Notes under the pieces: model-generated
Databases searched by the model: none
Told to the model about the DNA's origin: nothing
The model's input: only the letters and a program-made list of their open reading frames with translations
Shown here: positions 47,501 to 59,500 of the stretch, one piece after another
Layout of the letters: each line of letters opens with the position of its first letter
Numbering within the stretch: the first letter of the stretch is position 1
Source: Ophelia neglecta
Taxonomy: Eukaryota
Direction of reading: 5' to 3'
Length of the DNA: 64,000 nucleotides
Assembly: GCA_965285935.1 (NCBI GenBank)
Contig: OZ260661.1
Coordinates: 116,684,001 to 116,748,000 of the forward strand
Program-made: the position numbers and the translations under genes

Positions 47501-50500
47501 ATTACCCTTAACCACTCTTCTGCTACCTTCATATATGGAGCCAAAACATGCTGGGTAAAAAAGATTGGGTTATAACAACAGCATCTAATCACAGACAGAA
47601 ACAAATAAAAAATAAAATAAGAAAATAAATTTCGGCAATATACAACAACAAAAAATCAAGGATAAAGTGGGGTTTATATTATCAAAACAACAGTTAAAAA
47701 CTAGCCTACATTTCTTAACAAACACTCCATTAAAGGGAATTAAATATTAGCAGTTTTATTTAGCAGATCTACTGTAAGTGTAATAGCCAAGGGCTTTGAC
47801 TTGCAAGCAATTAACAGTAAGTTCTACGTTTAATTTAGGCGCTAAAGTTAAAATAAACTGCCACACTTGTATTTGGTAAGCAACTATTCAAGCAAACTAG
47901 GTCTTAAGTATTCTCATACAGAGAAGTTGGTAAGGACATTAACATACAGAACATGTATGAGAGGAGGTTATCAAAATGGTTAGTTATGAAAATGTGACTA
48001 AAGTGAAATGCATTTTGGATTGAGTAGACAAAAATGGTTCATCATTGGTGATACATACCGATACACGCTTGCTCGGCAGATTTAGTGGTTTTCGGTCTGA
48101 TCTTACGGGAGCAGTATGTTGTACCTTGGGTCCCTGCGAGAGCACCTTCCAAGACTTGTCAACAGGTTTGGGAGTAGTAGTATTGGAACTGAAAAATCAG
48201 ATTAACCACAATAAGAATTTCAAATATGCAAGGCTGATAAAATCACTTAAATTGATTTAGAAATCAAAACAAATTGCATGATTCTGTCTCAGTTTTATGA
48301 TTTTGCCACCTAAAATGATCATGTAAGTGGTTTTAACTACATCTGATGGGGAAACTGTGGTTTGCTAAAGCACCTACATATATACTACTAGCTGTTAAGT
48401 AAAACAGACAGCATCTACTTGTATAAAAGATTAACAGTATAAGCTGTATACTACTTAAAACCTTTGATCAAAAACCTAATCTATTTGATCCAGAATATTT
48501 TAAAATGCCTTAAAGTTTTTTATCTTTTAAGTAACCTGTACCTTAAATTTGTTACAATGGAATCAATAATTAACTATACAGATGTTATTTATGATCCGAA
48601 AGAAAACTTACAAATAATAAGAGTACATTTAATCACAACCTAAGATATACGACAACTAGACAAAGACTACATCTAACTGTCAAACTTAAACCTAAGGGTG
48701 CACCACATTGTTTGTCCTGAAATAGATATTATATATAATCCCTGACATTAATCATTATGAGATTGAATTTCATAATTACAATATTCACAGGTGATTAATT
48801 AAACAACAAACTCAGGTGATATCAGACATACAAAACAGCATGAGGCACCAGGACCTTGATGTTTTTAAATGCAGACGTATTGCCTTTCTATCTGAGCATT
48901 TATACATATATTTTGATCAAGTGTAATCATTCGATGATGCCACCAGGTACTAAGGCAAGTGCCTTCATCTGTTCTGTATGGTTTTTGAGTAAAATGAATG
49001 CACATACATGTACATCAAGGCAATAATCAAGGAATAATATGGAGCAAATCAGTTCATTTGTACAGTACCAACTGCAGGCGTTTATTTTTGTGGATAATTG
49101 AGACTCATAAAAAGTAAAAAGAAACAAACTTTGATTTTGCCCTTACATAATATAACAAATTTATAACAAATTTTCAAATTTATGTGAATACATGTGACAA
49201 TTTACCATACCAATTGTGTTACAAAGACAATGACTTTAATAATGAACACTTGTGATCCACATGCTTCATACAACATTAAAGATGCTGAAATATAAAAAGT
49301 GCAGCACCCATCGGAGTCAGATGGTAGTTCCTCATCAAACCACATGGTGGCAGCTACATCAATCATCTCCCTCTGTTGGTGATGGTGAAAATGGACCGTT
49401 TTTGAAGGATTGGAAGACCTATTGGTATATATATACTCACTTATGAGTATAATGATTTAAACAGTATAAAAATCAATTTCAATGCTATCCAGTTACTTGT
49501 CTAAGATCTCTCTTAACTTTCTTCCCTGGGGGCCTTTTAAAATGTTAATAAGAAATTTGCTCAGAAAAAAAGGGCACTATACTACTTGGAAATAAGCATG
49601 CAAAAATATCATTAAATCTCAGCACTAATAAATGAACAATAAAAAAAAATCCTAAATAACTTAATTAAGCATGGAGTTGGGTACATGTAAGAACACTTTT
49701 CACTTTCTCTTCATTTTAACCTCATGGTGTGTAAGAATAATGCATGCATATTTATATCTTAACGAAGACTTACCGGTAGTCTATTTAACTACTTTCTTAT
49801 AATTCTAGTAAGGGACCTACATGTACCAGAACATGTTTGAAACAAACACCAAAAGGTCACTTGGAATCTAGTTGTAAGCCTATATTATGACTAAACTATG
49901 TTACACCCACCAAGCTTCTTATATTAAAAGGTATTAGGGCCAAAACAATATTTAAAAAGTCCACTCCCAAGCTGAAATTTGAGGATGATAACCTTATGTC
50001 TAAAATGGAGACATTGGATTCTTCTGGGTCTGAGGGGACTTTTAAAGTGCCTGCGGTTGTTTCATCTCTGGTGTCTTCATTGTCTATGTTGCTGTCACAC
50101 AAGTCAACGGCAAAGTCCAACAGGCTACCTGTCAGTTGCAAACTCTCTTGCTCTCTACAATTTTGTGAAATAAATGGATAAAAAACTTACACAAATAATA
50201 TTTGAGGCACTGCTTTTAGTTTTGACAATCATGAATGTGCCTTTATGTACAAACTCCTGAAAAAAGTTTCTACAAGATCCTGGCATAACTCATTTTGGAG
50301 CAATACATGAATTCTTGTATATTCTGAAACTATCATTTTGCTATATTAAACAAACAATGAGATACACTGAAACAAAGTAGATGTATAATGACATGGTATT
50401 TTGACTGACAGGATTAATTTAACTGAGAATGAAAGCACAAAGAAATATAAACCAAGTTTATTATTAGAAATAAACAAGGGAATAAATGTGTTATTAAGAC

Positions 50501-53500
50501 TTGTAGTCTTTTACCTACTACAATTTGACATGAATTCAGCTGCTAACTATTCCAATAAGAAAGACATTGAAGGGTGGACAACATCTTAGACAAGTTAGCC
50601 AAACACACACCAACAACCATTTAGTTTGTCATAAACCTCATCTAAATATGTCTCTATTGGGATGGAAGTGAAGAAGAAAACTTGCTTCCCACCCCTCCAT
50701 GCTTTTGTTTATGGAATAGCCCTGATGCAGAGAGGACAAGAAGGTTTGAAAACATGATATTTACAAGACTTATGCACATGACTAATGCTACATTTGTATC
50801 AGTGGTAACCTATGAGAATTGGGACCCACCTGAATTTTGCTAGCGACGATGGTGTCCTCCCAGGAGTGGTGGGCCTTGGTTTAGCTCCACCTGGTGAAGG
50901 TTCTATGAACTGGACAAAGCGTTTGCCAGTCTCTCTCATGGTGGACGATGTACATGTAACACTAGGAGCAGACGGCTTCATCATCTCTATGGCTTCTTAA
51001 AAATCAAAGATAGTTGTGGTAACAATATTAAATCCGATATTGGAAACAACGTTCAAAATTTTAATACTAAGCTTTATATAAACCTTAAGTATGAAATCTA
51101 AAAAAAACATGACATCTACTTTGAATCAGGCTTACCTGATTTTAACTCTCCAGTTGCGGCTGGCCAATAATATTGTTGAATCAGATATTAAACAAACCAC
51201 TGATATCACATAAGGTGATATCACATCAGACGAGTTACATGAAATTAGTTAGCAATGAAAGCACTAAAGTTGACCATGCACTCATGGGGCAAACCCCCTC
51301 CTGACTAGCAGGAAGCCCTTACCTCATAGAGGTGACAAGGTGGGATCATTTACTAAGCCTTATTTTCCAGTGTAGAATGAGGAACATTCTATGACAATTA
51401 CTGTAAATGATGCAATAGAAGACACATAACTTATAGAAGATGCCCCCTTAGTTTAAGAGTAAAATTGGGTCATTGCTTATTTTTGGATTTTTATAATGAA
51501 AAGTCATATATTTTAGGACTGATCCCCAAGTTTGGCACAAAAGTTAATTTTTCTATGCTTGAAAAAATGAAAAAAGCAAGTTTACTGTTATATCCAATAC
51601 AATTCTTCATTTGTACCTCTATAGTGAAAGAGCTTGCCAACAGTTTGGCTCATGTGTGATGGTCATAATATTTAGTATGGCGTTAGGTCCTGGCAGGCAG
51701 TAGTATGTTTGTGTCATATTACCTCTTACAGCAGCTTTGTTGGCATCTTTCAAGTTGTGCAGGATGCCCATCATCTGAGACATACGGATGGCCCAGCTAC
51801 GCTGTAATTCTCTAAATGCTTTCACAGCGTCTTCTTCTCCACTGTCTGAGATAGGATGAGTGAAAAGCAACATGGGCAGATATTAAACACCGCACTACTA
51901 CAGCCTTATAGGGCAGTTTAACTCAGCATAGTATATAAGCCAAACATCATAAAACAATGTGTTAACTCAATGAGATACAACTGTGTTAATTTAATATTTA
52001 TTATTCAAGCAGTACATCCTATCATTAAGCTAGTTGCTGACTAAATTTACACAGACATCTAGAAGGATGTCCCTAAGTTCTAAATTTTCCTGGTTCTAAA
52101 CAAAAAGCTTTCTTTAAAACTTCATATCTACATTTACATATATATTAATAAGCATTAGAGTTTTTCTATTATGATGCCCCCGTCTTTGCCTCTCACAAGC
52201 TGTTCTTGTACATGATGATGGTTTGCCACTAACACCAGTTACAGATTGACAGTTTGAGGTGCCCCAACTTGAGTAGACATCAAGGCCAGGTCTAGGCTGT
52301 TCTCTGGTGAGAAAAGAGATTCCTCAGCAGTTGGCAGAGGAAATTTGGAATATAGGTGGGTGGATGGGGAGTGGGGGAGAGGATGATTCAACTGGATGGC
52401 AGGAATGGGGCATTTGGGTCCATCTAGTGTTCAACAAAATACAGGCACCTAGTCCCTCTGTTACTGCATGTATGTACATCCCAGGAAATATTTATAGAGT
52501 TCCTACTGTCAACTAGGCCAACGCTGTCGGGGGGCCGACAGCAAGGGGTATATCCGCGAATGCGTGCAATAATCGAATGGGGAACATGGCATAAGGCGAG
52601 GTAGTGAATATGGTAGTCTTTAGTTGGCACAAAAGATAACGACCTTAACTAATTTTTGTTCAGGTCATTAATAAAGTTAAACTAGTTAACTTATTACACA
52701 GTACTAGTTAACTTATTACACAGATTGTAGTAGGTTCTATTTGACCTCAATAATAATGCAGGTCATTCTTAAAGTTGGTGTCATATGACCTCAATAATAA
52801 TGCAAAACGACCCTAACTAATTTTTTTCAGGTCATTAATAAAGTGAACTAGTGAACTTATTAGTAGGCTCCATAAGACCTCAAAAATAATGCAAAACGAC
52901 CTTAACTAAATTTTGTTCAGGTCATTAATAAAGTCAACTAGTTAACTTATTACACACATTGTAGTAGGTTCCATATGACCTCAATAATAATGAAAAACTG
53001 CCTTAACTAATTTTTTTTCAGGTCATTAATAAAGTTAACTAGTTAACTTATTACACAGTACTAGTTAACTTGTTACACAGATTGTAGTAGCTTCTATATA
53101 ACCTCAATAATCAGGTAGGTCATTAATAAAGTTGGTTCCATATGACCTCAAGAATAATGCAAAACCACCTTAACTAATTTTTTTTCAGGTCATTAATAAA
53201 ATTAACTAGTTAACTTATTACATAGATTGTATATAGTTATTACATGAATCATGACACAAAACTTCAAGCCAATATCATCTATACTTTGGAATATATGATA
53301 GAAAATGTGTTTTTGACATAATTAATTAATTATTTTAACTAATTAATAATTATCAGAAATTCGCCAGAATAAATACAGGTCCTCCTCTCAATAAGGTCTA
53401 TGGCTGTGTCAAATTAGAAAAAGATGTATCAAATATTTTTTGTGTTATTGCAGAAAATGCGTTTTTGACGTAATTAATTAATTGTTTTAACTAATTAATA

Positions 53501-56500
53501 ATTATTGGATTTTTGCCAGAATCTAATCAGTTCCTCCTCTCAATAAGGTTTATGGCTGTGTTGAATTTGAAAAAGATGTACGAAATGGTTTTTGAGTTAT
53601 CGCGNNNNNNNNNNNNNNNNNNNNNNNNNNNNNNNNNNNNNNNNNNNNNNNNNNNNNNNNNNNNNNNNNNNNNNNNNNNNNNNNNNNNNNNNNNNNNNNN
53701 NNNNNNNNNNNNNNNNNNNNNNNNNNNNNNNNNNNNNNATCCGCATTTCGCGGATATAATTAATTAATATAAATACTTTTTTCTATCAAGCTTTCAAGCT
53801 GTCCTGGTTTAGCTACTTTAGTACAAAAAGCATTGTGATTTTTATTTTACCTGCTACTTTCTGACTGGCCGACTCGATTTCCTGAGCCAGAGTTCCTAGG
53901 TCTTCTAGATGTTTTCGGACATCGCTCTTCATGTCAAAATCGCTAGACGTCTGAATGGCATCCAGAACTCTAGCACGAGATTTCATAAATCCTTCCCGAA
54001 ATTGATCATTTGCCCTTCGGAACTGGATTTTTTGAGCATCTTCTTCCAAACCTAACAAAATGTAGCATTCATAATAAAACAAAATAGTCAAGAAGGCAAT
54101 CCATATTCTCATGAAAATGCAAATGCATCATTATTAACCAAAATACCACAAATATAATTTCAGTGACTATACTACTAGCTGTACCTTCTGAAGTGGCTGC
54201 CAGTGTTTCGGCATTGGTCAGAATCTGTATCACAGCTTGACTGTATTCAGCCGTTATGTCATCCACCAGTTTTGTTAATTGATCAGCTATCTGTGCCCAC
54301 TCCCACTGCAGCAGACACATTTTCTGGGGAGCGTAGAGTTTGTCTGTTGACTGGTAGGGTGCTGTCACCTGGTGACAAAGCTTGACACAGTCATCCATGT
54401 GGCTGAGCAGAGCGTCTAGCTGGGCCATCAGAGACGTCACTTTCTCCTTCTTGTCTTCATCTCCGCATCTGTCAAACATGTACAACCACTTGAAGAAATG
54501 AGCTGATTAGTTCCTGGTTTTTTAAATGTAACATGGCACCATTTCCCATTGTTAGAGTAATACCTGCTGTGTGATTAAGTTTTGTGTGGATTGTTCTTTC
54601 GCTTAAATTTGTTTACCTACTAATCACTGAAACTCCCTGAAGATGATTATTTTGGGAAAACATCTGGGCAGGTTACCATACAGTTGCTTGAATGAATTTA
54701 GCTTTATATTGTTCACATACATGTAGGAGATACTTCATGCAGGTTACATCAGAATGAGGTATGTACTTGTTAGTTATGGCACATAGGAGGTATTACTTGC
54801 AGATACTGTACATATGAGGTACAATACATGTATATGTCTTACTTACCGTAGATGGAATGATAGAGATATCCAAATTAGGCTATGAGATACAGTTTGTAGA
54901 CACTAGATAGTGTAGCATTTAGGTAATGCCTAATTTATCATTTATAAAATGGATGCAAATACCTCATTTTTCACAAAGAATGGACGTATTAAATATATCC
55001 CATAATGGTAATTAATTATAATCTGAAAATGATTTTCCAGGCCTTATAGCGAGGTAACACATCAGATTCTCACCCAGATGATGCAGATGTGGCCTGAGCT
55101 TTCAGACGTATAGTCTCCTTGGTGATATCCCGGAGTTCCTGATTGACCTGAGTGACATCTTCTAGCAGAGCCGTCTGTGACCGACCGGTCAGCTTCTCCA
55201 CTGCATTCTGGGCAAGGGTGGCTATCAGGCATGTAATACAGAACACCTTGGCCGCCCAGTCTCGCCCAGTCATCTCTAGCTGGATCTTCTCATCATCTTT
55301 ACCTGAAAACAAATTGGAAGATGAAGAAATAACTGTCAGCTTGTCAACATTTACTCTAAAATATACACCTGGGTATGGAAAATAGAAAGGTGGGATAAAT
55401 TAAAATAAATTGGAAATGATAGATTAACAAAGGTTAAGAAGTAGTTGTACAACTAAAAATATGCTATATTCAGACAGCTAACCCATGTAAGATCAGCATG
55501 CTGATCGTTGCATTGCTTTCATCCTGGTACCAAATCAGTTGAGACTATCTCTTGATATCATCGCCACCTACCTGAGTTGGCAGTAAGATCAGCCATGGTA
55601 GCCAGCAAGGTGGTGCTGTTCTCAAACTGGTCTGCATGGCCTAGGATGAGCTGGGCTCTCTCGGTCACCGACGCCTCACCCGGAGTCACCAGATCTCTGG
55701 CTACTGTGGAAAGGTTACCGACAGCCTGCCCATGCTCTTTAATTAGCTGAGTCTAAAAGGGATTTTGTGTAAATACTAACATATAATGAAGGAATTTAGC
55801 TTTTTCATAACAAAAGCAAGTACTCTGAGCAAAGAAAAGGCTAAAATGTCAGGTTTATTTGTTTCTTTATACTCCAAATGTGAGAGTATCTACCTGTACA
55901 GCCAGTAGTCTGACGTTTCCCATTTTGGCAGCGTCTACCACCTTGTCAGACACTCTTTTCCATTTATCTATTAAACCATCTATGTAACTTTGTAGATAGG
56001 ATACCTATTTAAAAAAAAACAGATTGTTTACGTTTACACATGTATAAACTGAGTTACAGTTAAGTAATAAAGTATTACGTACAAAAAAGGGTAATTTGTT
56101 TTTGATTTTTGTTTTTTTTTGTTTGTTTTTTTTTGGGGGGGGGGGAGACAACAAGTTCTAAAATTGAGAAGAAAGTATCTTTACACTCATGTCTATTGCA
56201 TAATATTCTATTTGATGCACTACAAAGTACAGCTATATTGAGTGGTACAATCTTTTTTCAACAGATAAATGAGGTTTCTTGCTCCTGGAATCATTCCATG
56301 GTTTAAGTTATAAAAATGATACAGGTCTTGAACTTTTCTTAGCTGTTGAGAGGACTTGATTTTTTTTCAAAAAGGTAAAAACCACCTTTGCTTTCTTATA
56401 TAACTGGATGTGGACTACCTGCATGGCCATTTAGGTTATGGTTTTAGTAGAGCTAAACTAAGGAGTCAGCGCATCGCACACTCTTTGCATTTGCAGCCAA

Positions 56501-59500
56501 TCAATATGACTGTCATGAATTTGTAAACTGTCAGTTGTGAAATACTAAGTTTGTAATTTGTCTTTATGAAACATGTTTTATGTGACCCAATAGGCAGGAA
56601 CACCTATGAAATAATCCACTGCCCAGTCAGCACCAGAATATTACCCACAACATACTGCAGCTGTGGTGGTATAAAGTGGGGCCAGGTCTGCTCAAGTTAG
56701 GGTGTAATATCAGCATTAAGATTAAGATATGAATTACATAGACAATTATGATATTCTTGAATGTGGTTTATATTTTGAGATATAGGTATTAAACATAGTT
56801 TGTCCTTAAATGCTGTTTATGCTGACCTGATTGGCCCAGTCATCAGCTGTGTCATGGAGGGCGTCAACCTGGTAAGTATCACAATCTACCACCTTGGTAG
56901 ATTTGTCAAGTATCTGAGGAGTCAGCTCCGTAATGCTGGACGACAAGGTCAGTAAGGTCCTGGAAGAGTAAATAGAAAAAACATCAACCCCCTTACCACT
57001 ATAAACAGTTAGAGAGCTAAATACAAGTTCACGGCGGCTTTATTTTGCATATTTCTCATCTCAGTAAAAGATAAAGTTTAATTGCTGCAATATATATTTG
57101 ATTGTTAACAAGAGAAAACAGTAAATAAAATTCCCATAAAAGTGGATTTTCTATCGAATTGTTAACAATCAGTCAAACAAAGGACAGTTTCATTTCACAT
57201 TTAAATTATCAGAATTATTATTCTTTAATACCACCAAAACAGAAATAATCTTTTTAGGGCTGTGGTTGCAACAAATTGTCACTCTTTCCTCGAGATAAGA
57301 AACTAAATGGGCTTTTAAAAATAAAAACAATACTAGCTGTAAATGATATATAGCCTATATTCTGTAAATGCGGCATATATAACATACCCTGGACATTTTT
57401 TGAAAGTAACCAATGTAAATGAAAAGAGACGTAAAGCCATCTTACTCTTTTTGTGTCCCATTTGAGATGCAGGCGGCTATGTCATTAGCCAACTCTGTGA
57501 CATGGTTGGCACTGACAAGGACTTGGTTACACAGGAGATCAAGTTTCTTCTGTTGGCCTGCCACTGAGGCCGACACCACTGCCTGGGATAATTCTAAGAT
57601 CCTGCTGTTTACTATATCTGCAAGCAAAGGCAGGAGCATGTTTTAAATGGTCAGCTATGTAATAAATTACCAGATGCAATCTACATTTATTTAAAAATGA
57701 AATAATGATTCTTGCACATGATTATTATACCTGAGATGTATTTTTTCATGGCCACTTTCTTCTTAATGACAGTCTCTATTTCAGCCTTGGTCGCTGCCTT
57801 TTTCTTTAGGTTTTCAGTAGCAGCAATATTTTCTTTGTCTTCATCATTGTCACTTTCTTCATCATAGTCAATATTAAGGCCTGCATTTACAAAATTAAAC
57901 ATGGTCAACTGCCTAACCTAAACAGATATGCCTTAAAAAACAATAAATGTATTTCACTGAATAGACCCTGCTTCCTGGTAAAAAATAATTATATGCTTTC
58001 CCAAAAAGTGATTTTTTTTCTACATTGTAATGTTGCAGAAGCTACTCACCCAGTGCCTTGACACCTTCTGACGGCCGGACGTTCTCCCTGGCAGGGTCTA
58101 ACAAGTCTGGTAGAAGTTTGCCGTGTATAATCTGGTTAAGCTTACTAACACATTTCACCGTGATATCACAGCGTTTGTGGAGTGTCTCATGGTATCTCAG
58201 CTCCCCAGTGCTGCCTACCAGTCTGTTAGCAGCGGACTTTACTGAGAGAAGGGCTATGGATAGAAAATGGGCCATTGAAAGCATAAGGCTATGAATAAAA
58301 TTTGGACTACATGTTAAAATGAGGTGTTAAAATTGCAAGCCACCCATTAAGGAAAGGAACAGTGAACTTGTCTGTCTGACAAGCCACTCCAGACAAAGTC
58401 AAAATAAAAATTCTAACAAATTTTTTTAAAGGTAAAAAAATGTTTTCCCTACAACCACTTGTGATGTCCAGAAATGCATAGAACAAAATCTGTTTAACCC
58501 TCCAGGCAGTAAATTAGCTTGAGGTAAGCAATGTGCGATTTGCTGATAAAATGTGTACAATTTCAAACTTGCAAGCCCCCCACCAATTATAAAATCAAAT
58601 TAAGATTTTTTCTCATCACAAAAAAGATGAGATTCTGTTTTGATCTGTCCAGTTATCAAAAGGGATAGTACACATGTCTGTCGCACTCACTTTTGGCAAA
58701 ATCAAAACAAGGGTAGGAACCCCTCCCAAAAATAATTTAATAAGCTTAAAACACTGGAAATTGTGAGAAAAGCAAAAAAAGTGTCCGGACATAAAATTGT
58801 TTCTGTGTGTCCAGGCATTGCCTACTTTTGGCCAAAAACAAAGTATGCCAGTAGTGGTTGGTTGTATACTCAATGCCCAATGCATACACTCCCATTTTTC
58901 TTTAGAAAATGGTGGGCGGCAATAAAAAAACATGTCAAGAAATATTCTCGAGCTCTGAAGTTGTAAATGGCATAAAATACTAGCAGCAAACTAGAGTGTA
59001 CACACATAACAATTATTTTCTAAACCGTACTTAATCTAGCCTAGCTGCCAGATGTATCAAGTCACTCATAAGGAAATGTAATTATTTTTAACAATCATTG
59101 ATACCCGAGATGCTCAGAGTGACAGAAACACATGTTTATTTACATGACAAAACATTGATTTCTGACCTTTGTTGAGTTGGCTTACATAGACCATCACTCC
59201 GTTCCTGAACATCGGGTCATGGTTAGTGTCAACCAATCGGCTGGCAGTTTGAGCAGCTCTCCTGGCGTGACCAATGAGTGAGCGGGTACAATTAGATATT
59301 TCTGGAGCATCTAGGTACATTGAGTTTCTGGTCTGGCTCAAGTCTCCTCTCATCTCAACCTCTGAAAGCAAAAAAAGTTGATGTTCTGAAATGAAAGCCA
59401 CTGTTTCACCATATTATCAGGTAAACTATTTTATCTCCCAAAATTTATAAAAGAATTATTTTTTTGTTTCCTTGTATTGTTCAATATCAGTTTATATATA

